A stretch of DNA of 64,000 nt from Nemertoderma westbladi (lineage: Eukaryota; Animalia; Xenacoelomorpha). This document shows, piece by piece, positions 36,101 through 47,995 of this stretch. The stretch lies in the NCBI GenBank assembly GCA_032718475.1, contig JAUCBJ010001498.1, positions 1 through 64,000 of the forward strand, read 5' to 3'. The notes under the pieces were generated by a model. The model was given only the letters and a program-made list of their open reading frames with translations. It did not search any database and was not told the DNA's origin. A program made the translations under genes and the position numbers. Each line of letters begins with the position of its first letter. Within the stretch, counting starts at the first letter, position 1.

Positions 36101-38860
36101 TCCGACGCCAACCCAGACAGCTGTTTGTGTCTGCTTTGCTGAGACCTGGCTCCGACGCCAACCCAGACAGCTGTTTGTGTCTGCTTTGCTGAGACCTGGC
36201 TCCGACGCCAACCCAGACAGCTGTTTGTGTCTGCTTTGCTGAGACCTGGCTCCGACGCCAACCCAGACAGCTGTTTGTGTCTGCTTTGCTGAGACCTGTC
36301 TGCGACGCCAACCCAAACAGCTGTTTGTGTCTGCTTTGCTGAGACCTGGCTCCGACGCCAACCCAGACAGCTGTTTGTGTCTGCTTTGCTGAGACCTGGC
36401 TCCGACGCCAACCCAGACAGCTGTTTGTGTCTGCTTTGCTGAGACCTGGCTCCGACGCCAACCCAGACAGCTGTTTGTGTCTGCTTTGCTGAGACCTGGC
36501 TCCGACGCCAACCCAGACAGCTGTTTGTGTCTGCTTTGCTGAGACCTGGCTCCGACGCCAACCCAGACAGCTGTTTGTGTCTGCTTTGCTGAGACCTGGC
36601 TCCGACGCCAACCCAGACAGCTGTTTGTGTCTGCTTTGCTGAGACCTGGCTCCGACGCCAAACCAGACAGCTGTTTGTGTCTGCTTTGCTGAGACCTGGC
36701 TCCGACGCCAACCCAGACAGCTGTTTGTGTCTGCTTTGCTGAGACCTGGCTCCGACGCCAACCCAGACAGCTGTTTGTGTCTGCTTTGCTGAGACCTGTC
36801 TGCGACGCCAACCCAAACAGCTGTTTGTGTCTGCTTTGCTGAGACCTGGCTCCGACGCCAACCCAGACAGCTGTTTGTGTCTGCTTTGCTGAGACCTGGC
36901 TCCGACGCCAACCCAGACAGCTGTTTGTGTCTGCTTTGCTGAGACCTGGCTCCGACGCCAAACCAGACAGCTGTTTGTGTCTGCTTTGCTGAGACCTGGC
37001 TCCGACGCCAACCCAGACAGCTGTTTGTGTCTGCTTTGCTGAGACCTGGCTCCGACGCCAACCCAAACAGCTGTTTGTGTCTGCTTTGCTGAGACCTGGC
37101 TCCGACGCCAAACCAGACAGCTGTTTGTGTCTGCTTTGCTGAGACCTGGCCCCGACGCCAACCCAGACAGCTGTTTGTGTCTGCTTTGCTGAGACCTAGC
37201 TCCGATACAAACCCAGACAGCTGTTTGTGTCTGCTTTGCTGAGACCTGGCTCCGACGCCAAACCAGACAGCTGTTTGTGTCTGCTTTGCTGAGACCTGGC
37301 TCCGACGCCAAGACAGCTGTTTGTGTCTGCTTTGCTGAGACCTGGCTCCGATACCAACCCAGACAGCTGTTTGTGTCTGCTTTGCTGAGACCTGGCTCCG
37401 ACGCCAAACCAGACAGCTGTTTGTGTCTGCTTTGCTGAGACCTGGCTCCGACGCCAACCCAGACAGCTGTTTGTGTCTGCTTTGCTGAGACCTGGCTCCG
37501 ACGCCAACCCAGACAGCTGTTTGTGTCTGCTTTGCTGAGACCTGTCTGCGACGCCAACCCAAACAGCTGTTTGTGTCTGCTTTGCTGAGACCTGGCTCCG
37601 ACGCCAACCCAGACAGCTGTTTGTGTCTGCTTTGCTGAGACCTGGCTCCGACGCCAACCCAGACAGCTGTTTGTGTCTGCTTTGCTGAGACCTGGCTCCG
37701 ACGCCAACCCAGACAGCTGTTTGTGTCTGCTTTGCTGAGACCTGGCTCCGACGCCAACCCAGACAGCTGTTTGTGTCTGCTTTGCTGAGACCTGGCTCCG
37801 ACGCCAACCCAGACAGCTGTTTGTGTCTGCTTTGCTGAGACCTGTCTGCGACGCCAACCCAAACAGCTGTTTGTGTCTGCTTTGCTGAGACCTGGCTCCG
37901 ACGCCAACCCAGACAGCTGTTTGTGTCTGCTTTGCTGAGACCTGGCTCCGACGCCAACCCAGACAGCTGTTTGTGTCTGCTTTGCTGAGACCTGGCTCCG
38001 ACGCCAACCCAGACAGCTGTTTGTGTCTGCTTTGCTGAGACCTGGCTCCGACGCCAAACCAGACAGCTGTTTGTGTCTGCTTTGCTGAGACCTGGCTCCG
38101 ACGCCAACCCAGACAGCTGTTTGTGTCTGCTTTGCTGAGACCTGGCTCCGACGCCAACCCAGACAGCTGTTTGTGTCTGCTTTGCTGAGACCTGTCTGCG
38201 ACGCCAACCCAAACAGCTGTTTGTGTCTGCTTTGCTGAGACCTGGCTCCGACGCCAACCCAGACAGCTGTTTGTGTCTGCTTTGCTGAGACCTGGCTCCG
38301 ACGCCAACCCAGACAGCTGTTTGTGTCTGCTTTGCTGAGACCTGGCTCCGACGCCAAACCAGACAGCTGTTTGTGTCTGCTTTGCTGAGACCTGGCTCCG
38401 ACGCCAACCCAGACAGCTGTTTGTGTCTGCTTTGCTGAGACCTGGCTCCGACGCCAACCCAAACAGCTGTTTGTGTCTGCTTTGCTGAGACCTGGCTCCG
38501 ACGCCAAACCAGACAGCTGTTTGTGTCTGCTTTGCTGAGACCTGGCCCCGACGCCAACCCAGACAGCTGTTTGTGTCTGCTTTGCTGAGACCTGGCTCCG
38601 ATACCAACCCAGACAGCTGTTTGTGTCTGCTTTGCTGAGACCTGGCTCCGACGCCAAACCAGACAGCTGTTTGTGTCTGCTTTGCTGAGACCTGGCTCCG
38701 ACGCCAAGACAGCTGTTTGTGTCTGCTTTGCTGAGACCTGGCTCCGATACCAACCCAGACAGCTGTTTGTGTCTGCTTTGCTGAGACCTGGCTCCGACGC
38801 CAAACCAGACAGCTGTTTGTGTCTGCTTTGCTGAGACCTGGCTCCGACGCCAACCCAGTC
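30176..38860. repeat. Minisatellite C, 50-bp unit CTGTTTGTGTCTGCTTTGCTGAGACCTGGCTCCGACGCCAACCCAGACAG with 46-bp deletion variants (roughly 175 copies)
   Basis: Visible array; heterogeneous on the left and nearly pure from about 35100 onward. Confidence 0.98.
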
Positions 38861-39759
38861 CTAGACGGACTGAATGTAGCCTTAATTATTCCCTTATTTT
38901 AACTCATACAAATAACAATTTTTTATCGCCGAACATTATTGTAAATAAATTATTGATCCAATTTTACCAACCCATGGTCTACAATCAAATATAATAATTT
39001 TATATAGGCATTGCATTGCCCAGATACTTATGAGATAAATATGATGTTCCAGAATTAAAATTATGTAATGTCCTACTTTATATCACTGGATATATACTTA
39101 CGTTTTTGAAAACTTATGTACAATTTTGAATTTTGAAGCTTTGAAAACCTTTATTGAGTGCGGCAACAACGTGATTGTTTACGTAGATAATTATCGACCT
39201 CCGACCCAAAAACATAAAGTTTGAAAATATAAAAACAGATGAATGAATATAAGGGAAGGAAATAAATAAGGACTAACTCTCTTGGCTGTTACCTGATGGT
39301 AGTTTATTATGCAAAAAATAATAATCGCATTACTTCCAATTACTTTTTTTATTGTATGAAAAAAAAGAATACAATATTATTACGCCTATAAAATCTTTAT
39401 AACAAAATAAATATAATGGATAAGAAGATTTATAAAACAACTGACAATAAATGCTGTATTATTGCGAGTTTCTAAAAATATAGTGCAGAAATATTAAGTG
39501 GCACAACAATCCCAAAACGATGGCGAAATCTAGAATAAAAACACAAAAGTAATTCGCAATTAATACATAGAACAGTATCGTTAATACCTCAAAAAGTTAA
39601 TTAGTGGTGTTCCAGAATAATTTAATTAATTGCGAAAAAAGAAAATCCCACCGAGAGTTACCTTGTTGCTATGTAAATACCAGATTTTCGCTTATATCGC
39701 ATTCCCTGACTTTTCCCTGATTCGTTCATTGTTTACTAGAATTGCCTGACTATTTTTCA

Positions 39760-41090
39760 GGTATACTTGCAAAGTTCAAATATGCTGATGACAGCTCTAG
39801 TTATAGGTCATGCAATGTTACTGACGATCCAGATAATGACTTAAAATAATGTATTGAAAAGGTACAAGAAGACTGGAATTTGATTACACAGTGGTGCAAT
39901 AAATAGCGTTTAAAATCGAACGGACAAAAAAACTGATATTCTAATTATTAATGGGTCTTATGTTGACCATTCAAATCTACCAAAAGTTACTCTGGGTAAT
40001 GAAGTATGCAACTTCGTAACTGAGTCAAAGATTCTAGGAGTCACCTTTGATAATAAGTTGTCTTCCCAATATAAAAACTCTATTGCAAAACTTATAGACA
40101 ACATGGACACCTATATATCCAGATTTATTACACCCACTAGCGGTATAAATCTCATGGCTGCTGTAAAATTAATACAATCGTTAATTTTACCGAAGATTCT
40201 CTTTGCTTCCCCTATATGGGCGAATCACGATTACATGAAGATAGTGAACGACTTATGGGCGACTATGTTGAAGCAGTCAGTTGGAATTTAACCCTCAAAG
40301 AGAGAAACTACAAATAGTTTGTGGTCTACCGCCACCAGATATTTTTTGTCAAATTATTAGAACAAAATTTTTATTGAAACTTCTATCGAAAACCGGAGAT
40401 ATAAACACCATATGGTCCGACGGTGATATGAACTACAAGTTCGTTTCTTTTCCCACATCAGTGATATTAAAGCATATTTTGCTTGGACGAATAATGAACG
40501 GTCGGGGCGCCTACTTGACCTCACAAACTTGACCCCAGAGACTCTACATTATAATCAGACACAAATGAGTTGCTACACCAAACATTTATGGAAGCAGTGC
40601 ATTAATCTTAATGATACCTTAGCGAAAACGAGACAATCCCCTCAACTCCTACCAATGAACTTTGCCTGTGCTAGACCGCAAGAAACTTTTATCTTAGGAA
40701 TTATACTAGGGCAGGGAAATCTCGGACATATGAGATTAATCTATGGAGATATCTTTGACAGCCGCTGTACATGTGGGGAATCAGAAACAGAAATTCACTT
40801 TCTGTTAGAATGTCCCGATAGGAAAGGTCGCTCTGATTGTTTAATGAGGTCTATGAAGACAAACTGTTGGGACACATTCGACGAGCTTATTTATAGTAGA
40901 GAAAATTATGTAAATAAATCACTTTTAGCAGCATCTTATTAGTGATATAAACTGATATACTCAGTAGGGATATATTTTAACTGATTTTAACGGGAAACCC
41001 CGATTTTACTTTATATTTTAAACAGTCTCCATTTTGCATGCAAATATATGCATTTCTATCTTAATTAAAAGAATAATATATATATATATA
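39760..41090 (+). mobile_element. Degraded 5'-truncated LINE (RT C-terminal part plus Cys/His finger)
   Basis: KFKYADD at about 39772, ESKILGVTFDNKL, ILPKILFASPIW and CTCGESETEIHFLLECP across several frames; ends near a (TA)n run. Confidence 0.75.
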
Positions 41091-41272
41091 GGTATTCCAG
41101 GTGAGTGGCAACCCTGTAAATTGAAACTAAAAACAAATAGAAGTCCAAGAAACCAAATATAATTGCACTAAAAGTGACTGCATATAAAAAATATCAGCAC
41201 AATAAAACTTTTCGGAGAAAATATTCCGAATAAATCAACAACTACCCAAGTTCGATTAGAAAACTCACTGGT

Positions 41273-42667
41273 TTATAAGTCGAATGGAATTTTCTCTTCT
41301 GCAGGGATCGATCCCTTGCAGAGTTTCTTTTGTTTGGATCCGGAGAGGTTCCTGGAGTCCCTTATGTATCCGTCGACCTCGGCGCGTAGCGCGTCCAGGA
41401 AGACGGACAACGGGACGTCGCCGCAACCCGCGGTGCCCACGCGAGCGACCGCGAGGAACGGGAGTTTACGCAACGTGCGACCGCTGAACCCGGCGCTGGA
41501 GCGAGCGATAGCGAGGAGTTGGGAGTTGGAGGCGTCGCCGTGGTCGAGAACGGTCCGACTCCGTGCCGAATCCGAGCCGGAACGCACCGCATCCGAGTCG
41601 GAACGCACCGCCGCGACGATCCCCGTTCGCACTAACTCCTCGATACACGACTGGTATATGATATAGATGGCGGCGGTGCTCGGAGGCCCGATGAACTGCT
41701 TTATATCGGCTCGATCGACGAACGCGACGTCGATGGCGCCGGTGATATTGGAGGTGGTGAGGATGACGACGTTGGGAAAGGTCTTGAGTTTGTCGATCTG
41801 GGTGAGCAACGCGTTGACAACCCGGATGGCGTCGGAAGGCTCGTTGCCCGCGAGCGCGCTCTGTCGCGTCGCGCTTAGACTCTCAACCTCGTCCAGCAAC
41901 ACGAAGACAATAACATCGGGGTCCATCAGCTGTTGGACCTTGGCGAACATCTTGAGGACGAGTTTCCCGCTCTCGCTGAACCAGCGGGAAAACAGCGAGT
42001 GAGAATTGATCTCGATGAGTAAACCGTACTGGTAGCGGTGCGACATTGTGATGGTGAGTTTCTGCGCGAGAGCTTTGCACAAACTCGTTTTACCTGACCC
42101 GGGAGGGCCGTGCAATAAAACAACCTTGTTCCAGGTGATTATATTAGGGTCTACTTGTCTATCCTGGAGCAACAATGAGGTTTCTACGTAACTCAACAAA
42201 CGCGATTTGATTCCGGAATCGTATACGAGACTCTCCCAGAGTCCGAGGTACTCCGAGTTCGGAAGGACCCAGTTAGTAGAGGCGGACGAGCCCTCGCTCT
42301 CCCCCGGCTCGATGTCCTCCATCACGGAGACGTCGTCCGTGCTCACGGAGTACACGTGGATCCTGAGAAAGCACTCCCCCACCGGGATATCCCGAGCGGG
42401 GCCGTTCAGTGTATCGCATACGAACAATGAACGGATGTTCTCGCGTAGAACGCTCTCGGAAGGGAACGAGAGGATTCGTTGTCCCGGAGACACGGTGGGG
42501 TGCGTAAAAAGTAGCCATTTGCTGATGAGTTTCTGCAGGGAATCAGCGGTTTCGCGACTTTGCGAAGTGCGTAACGCCTCTATGTGAATAACCCCCGGAA
42601 ATGGGCGTTTCGCGTCCCCATTACATGGCGGCAAACCCGTTGCCATATCTTTAACAAAACTAGCCAT
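41273..42667 (-). CDS. TRIP13: Pachytene checkpoint protein 2 / TRIP13 AAA+ ATPase, intronless, nested in a DYRK intron
   Basis: WVLP...GLWESLVYD, ITWNKVVLLHGPPGSGKTSLCKALAQKL (Walker A), IEINSHSLFSRWFSESGKLV, LLDEVESL (Walker B), EPSDAIRVVNALLTQID, IDVAFVDRADIK, SGRTLRKLPFLA. Uninterrupted ORF, first ATG at 42667. Confidence 0.96.
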   Translation of the reverse strand: MASFVKDMATGLPPCNGDAKRPFPGVIHIEALRTSQSRETADSLQKLISKWLLFTHPTVSPGQRILSFPSESVLRENIRSLFVCDTLNGPARDIPVGECFLRIHVYSVSTDDVSVMEDIEPGESEGSSASTNWVLPNSEYLGLWESLVYDSGIKSRLLSYVETSLLLQDRQVDPNIITWNKVVLLHGPPGSGKTSLCKALAQKLTITMSHRYQYGLLIEINSHSLFSRWFSESGKLVLKMFAKVQQLMDPDVIVFVLLDEVESLSATRQSALAGNEPSDAIRVVNALLTQIDKLKTFPNVVILTTSNITGAIDVAFVDRADIKQFIGPPSTAAIYIIYQSCIEELVRTGIVAAVRSDSDAVRSGSDSARSRTVLDHGDASNSQLLAIARSSAGFSGRTLRKLPFLAVARVGTAGCGDVPLSVFLDALRAEVDGYIRDSRNLSGSKQKKLCKGSIPAEEKIPFDL

Positions 42668-43579
42668 TGCCAAACGTTAAACAGATAAATGATTCACACT
42701 TGTTGTCGGAAGTACAGAAGTAATGGATAATTTTTGGCTCTCCTCTACTTCAGTACTTCTAATAGGCCTATGGTACCCAGTAAGCAACCGAGGGTGGACT
42801 CTCTATAGCCGAGGGGCACTTGTATAATAACTAATAATCACGAACCCCATCCTCTTATAATATACACCTAACTCTGCAGTAGTCAGTAGTAGTAGTAATA
42901 GTAGTTAGTAGTGGTAGTAAGTAGTTATAAAGGAGATGAGTTTAAACCAAAGTGATAAAGTAACATTATTATATAACATAACCATATAGACAAAGTAGAA
43001 TAAGATACAGATTCATAATTATTTTATCAAACTCATGTACTACTTACTTCAATGTGCCAATTGTAACAATAATTAAACATATTATTCTGATTAATCTGCG
43101 TTTGGCCCCATAAAATATTATACTGAAGTGTTTTATATCAATATATCCATGCGAGTAAACAAGAACTGAAGTAAATGTTTATTATTATAGTTTTAGAAAT
43201 TGAATGATATACCCAAGATAGTGAAATAAATAATTTACTAGAAATTGCCATTTGATCAGATATATCAAAGCGGAGTCTTTACTATAATACCGTAATAGTA
43301 TCAATTCACTCTGTTATACAATGTAAATATACTAAATCTATTTATAAATATATTATGATCCCTACATTGTATATTTCTCCTACAGGTAGACAATGTAGTA
43401 TGTTAAAACTTGATATAATTTAGTATAATGTATAACATATTACAAATAAGACTGAGGCAGCTAAACTATATTGCAAAGAAATCAAATATCCTAAAGTAAT
43501 ATACTAGACCCTCCCTCCACCCTATAAATTCACCACCTACCCCACCCACCACCCTTATTACTATATAATAATGAAAGAA

Positions 43580-45420
43580 AGTACTGGCGCTCCGGTCACT
43601 CCGTTCCCTCCGCTGGGGGGGTTAAGTTGTAGGTTTTGACACTATGCAAAATCCGAGCACAGAGTTAGAAGCGCATTGGATAGGCGAACATTTCTTGCAG
43701 TGAAAGTATTTCCATACCTGTTATAGTTTTCGAGATAGTCAGACATGAGTAGCTAAAATTTAAATTTTTATCGGTAAAGCCTGATTTCACCGGTACCTGT
43801 CATTCGAAATATGGATTGTGATATATCGTTTGATGCGGGTCCACTAACTGTACATTCACATATTTTCAAGGAAAAAATTCGATCAAGGGTTTTCGAAATA
43901 TTTTCGAATTACCGGAAGCAGACTTTGGACGACCATATCTCCGGTACCGGTAGGCCTATTAAGTCGAAATTTGTTTTAATCTACTTAGAACACTCCAGTG
44001 AATGTTTTTTAGTTTTAAAGTTTTGCCCCAAAATGCTCAGAAGTAATTTCGAAAAAACTGATCATTTCGCGATCATGATCTTTTGACCCCCTAGAATTGA
44101 ACTTTTTTATGGTCAAATTTTGGCTACCCCCCCTAATTCGAGGGTGAGGAATCTTTTTGTAATGTTAAGTTTTTTCATACGGTGAACCCACAGGACTTGG
44201 TCTTCGAAATAAAACCGAAAACATGATCTTTCCTGATCATGGCCTGATCAAATCGCTTTTTGAAAATTTCGAAATGCTTAAAGGTTGCCCCTTCTTAATA
44301 GAAGTCGATTAGTCAAAAAAAAATCGGGGGTCTCAAACAAAGTTTTCGAGAAAATCGGGAAAAACAGAAAAACACGATCTTTTATGATCAGGAAGCTGAT
44401 CTTGAGAACCGGTTGACCGATCGAGCCAATTTTTTTTTAATCAACTCAGAATAGACCATTGAACATTTCTTACAATGAATGTTTATTAGAAAAATGCTTA
44501 GATTCGATTTTAAATATACTGATCTTTTCGCGATCATGGTCTTGAGTTTTGACCCACTAGACTTGAACTTTTTTATGCCCAAATTTTGGCTACCCCCCAT
44601 AATTCGAGGGTGAGGAATCTTTTTGTGATGTTAAGTTTTTCCATACGGTGAACTCCCAGAACTTGGTCGTCGAAATAAAACCGAAAACACGATCTTTTCT
44701 GATCGCGGCCTGATCAAATCGCTTTTTGAAAATTTCGAAATACACAAAAGGTGCCCCTTCACCATAAAAGTCGATTCGTAAAAAAAAAATCGGGGGTCTC
44801 AAACAAAGTTTTCGAGAAAATCCGAAAAAACTAAAAAATCTGATCTTTTATGATCAGGTATCAGATCTCGAGAACCGATTGTCCGATCGAGCCAATTTTT
44901 TTTTTAATCGACTCAGGGCGGTGTTCTGAACGTTTCCTACAGTAATTGTTTATATCCAAAATGCTTAGTTACGATTTTACGAAGTCCGATCTTTGCGCGA
45001 TCATGATCTTGCGTTTTGACCGGGAAGAATTCACTTTTTTTAAAATCTTTTAACGGGAATCATGACTAATGTGGGGTCGCTGAATCTTTTTGTAATGTTA
45101 AGTTTTCCGATTGGAGCAAGCCTTGAGTGTCCGTCCGATTGCTGATCAAAACTGATCTTTGCTGATCATGGTCAAGATCATGATCTGATCGGTACAAAAA
45201 AAGATATTTGAATGTAAACCCATATGCTGCCTATCGATTGGCGCCGGTCCCAAGTCCGTAGCATTAGCGGTTCTGGACTTATACGCATAGCAACGCGGTT
45301 GCTAGGGAGGCTGACTTTTTGACTCAAATTGGCCCTAGCCGGAGAACCGTAGACTTTTTAAACGTAATGTATATGGGAAAAAGTCTTCTGGATAAATTTT
45401 GGGGGGGGGGGTCTAGGAAC
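43580..45420. mobile_element. Probable non-autonomous element with about 3 diverged tandem copies of a roughly 465-bp unit (Helentron/Helitron-associated type, tentative)
   Basis: gatcatg...ttttgacc at about 44071, 44532 and 44999. The first two copies share long identical blocks (aaattttggctacccccc, aatcgggggtctcaaacaaagttttcgagaaaatc). Confidence 0.55.
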
Positions 45421-45689
45421 ATCCTATTGTTCGTTTTCGCTTAGTTGCTGAGATCCTCTCGTCCCAACAATTCCAGGATTCTATAAAGGCATTCTGCTGG
45501 ACTAGTTCCGTGGCCGGAATAGTGTTCGGTGTTCTGCGAACAGAGAACCTAATCGGTTTAGGGCCCTGACCGTCCAGTACAATATTATCGGTAGGCTTAT
45601 CTTCTGATCTTATTTTTGTTTGTAATTTCAACTACCCGACTACCATTTTGCTTGAGACCCTACCAATACAATCCCGAACGGCCTTCATT

Positions 45690-45900
45690 ATTTTGTTACG
45701 CGCTATTATGTGGGGCGAGCCACGAAGTGAGTGAGCCTTAGCGTAGTGGTACCATTAATCAACCTGTCGTTCTGTCGTTCTGTCGTTCTGTCGCATTCAA
45801 TTTTAAACGTTAATAACTCGGCCAATCTTTGATGAAATCTATCCAAACTTGGTACACATGTTGTTTGGCAAAAGTTTAGAAATTTTCCAAGTAGAATTTC
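45690..45900 (+). mobile_element. 5' end of a DINE-1/Helentron-like non-autonomous element (tentative)
   Basis: Short core followed by a (CTGTCGTT)n microsatellite at about 45764-45794, then aataactc...aaacttggtacacatg, an architecture typical of such elements. Confidence 0.4.
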
Positions 45901-46747
45901 AGTATGGCCTTCGAGAAGCTAAGATAATAGCAGTTAATTAGTTAATTAAGTTATTACGGTAAAAACACCATTTTCAACCTGCCTTTTAAAGGAAATTAAT
46001 TGTTTTACAGTATAAGATTTAAATAATTATAATTAAAAATTATACAGATGTAATCCCCATACGCCATTCTATTATAGTTTTTAATTAGTTCAAGTGATTT
46101 GCTTTAATAATTGTGTCTTTAATTGATCTAAAGTAATTAAAACGGCAAAAAAAATTTATTCTCATTAAATACTGCTCATTTATTGGCCAACATGCTGGTA
46201 CATAGATGGGATGTGTGTGTCATTCCCAGTTGCTGGGAATGATTATTGGTCAAGTCTCTGCTGCTGGCTGGGAGTTGTTGCTAAGACTAACCAGAGAGGA
46301 ATAGTAATAGACAACCAGTATTGCTATTCCAGCCCAGACAGCATTCTTTAAATTCACTATAAATGTTGTATTGCTATCTCAGGTGAATGACAGATATCAT
46401 AACATAAATACTATCCATGGCATGGCTGTTGTGTAGGCTTCTGAAATAGTTTATTCCACAATGTATATGTCTGGTTATTTTTTAATTGAATTTTTGCAAA
46501 GTAGTAAAATTAATGTTCTTATAAATAATATTATTATTTTATATGTAACCTAGGAAATTAGCTACATTTTTTCGCTGCGGCTTTAAGAGTGTACATTGAT
46601 TTAATATTATTTCAATACCCATATTACTACATCGGCATAAGAAGCGTTAGCGTTGTATCACACATCTCCACATACATAGATGTATCAACAGTTACTCGCA
46701 CAGTTTCGAAACTTCGCATAGTTATAACTGTATAAAGATCGTCAGTC

Positions 46748-47025
46748 TGCGTTTAGGAAAAATATTTTATAACAAAACAGGACAAGCGACGAGCGCAACG
46801 AGGCATATAATGAAGACGAGTACTGCGTTGACTAAATTATTATATAAACCACCTGGCTTCACATATTGATCGCATCCCTAGTTATTATTATTATAAAGAA
46901 CGTCCTAGCCTGCGTTTAAGAAATATATTTAAATACAAAACAGGACGAACGCAACGAGGCTTATAATGAATACGAGTACTGCGTTTATTATATTCCTATA
47001 AACCACCTGGCTTTGCATATTGAAC
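46748..47025. repeat. Diverged direct duplication, period about 163 bp
   Basis: tgcgttta...caaaacaggac...cgcaacgaggc...acgagtactgcgtt...tataaaccacctggctt occurs twice. Confidence 0.8.
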
Positions 47026-47671
47026 GTGCGATTGGAAATAAGTTCGTGCTACCCTTCCGTGGGTGGTAGATGTCGCGGTTATGTATTGGTGGTTGGGAAG
47101 GGTTGGGGGGGGGGGGATTAAAAGGGGTGAACACGTACTGTCCCCCTTTCTTTGATTGATTGGTGGTGTGGGTAAATTTCTCAAAACCTGATTTTGTGAT
47201 ACAGTCGCTCAATTTTAATTTGTATCTCATAACTGGGCCTCGTGCTGCGCGAAGGCCCCACGAACGTGTTCTGATTCTTTGATCATGTTGCACTGTTGTC
47301 GCTTGTGCTGTTATCTGATCAACCGAACTATAGAGGAGCCGAACCGGAACCGAACTGAAACCATGGTAATTTTGAATTTTGCCACTTATTTTTCCCAACA
47401 TATATGAAATACAAAAACAAAAAGTTCGTGTGAAAACAATATAATTGTAGCTTATGAAATTATATTTTTTTCACTTTCGGTTCTTTAATTTTTTCATCAG
47501 ATGTTTTTATACTAATATAAACAGGAACAAGACAACGAGAACCACCTAAACATATCTAAGCAGGGATCCCTTGTTTCTAGTGTTTACTCTACTTGTGTTT
47601 TACTATATGTATCAGAATGTGCTAAATAATAATAATAATATTAATAATATAGGGAATTTGGGAGAATGTAA

Positions 47672-47802
47672 AGAAAATTTCCGGAAAATTGTATAGGAAA
47701 TTTCCGGAAAAAATGTATAGGAAATTTCCGGAAAAAATGTATAGGAAATTTCCGGAAAAAATGGATAGGAAATTTCTTGAAAAAATGTATAGGAAATTTC
47801 CA
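47672..47802. repeat. 24-bp tandem repeat TATAGGAAATTTCCGGAAAAAATG (about 5 copies)
   Basis: Visible; contains the palindromes GGAAATTTCC and TTTCCGGAAA. Confidence 0.9.
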
Positions 47803-47995
47803 AACATTTCCTGACTCATATCCCAAGTAATTTGTTTACATCTACATTCAGGTTTCTTTGAAAGGTATATTTGCAATAAATAGATTGAAAAGTTAGGGTA
47901 ATGAAAACGAGAGAAAATGTATCTTTCAGGATACTGTAGTATAGTCTTTGAGATTCCTCGGCGCCATATGTGCAAACCAAACCCCATACAGTAGA

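Noticed and set aside
30104-38853. Very long minus-strand ORFs (up to 1506 aa)
   Set aside because: They are translations of the 50-bp repeat, open in all three frames, with alternative starts and no domain content.
41284-42587. Antisense and alternate-frame ORFs over TRIP13 (likewise over the LINE ORFs)
   Set aside because: Shadow ORFs of GC-rich coding sequence.
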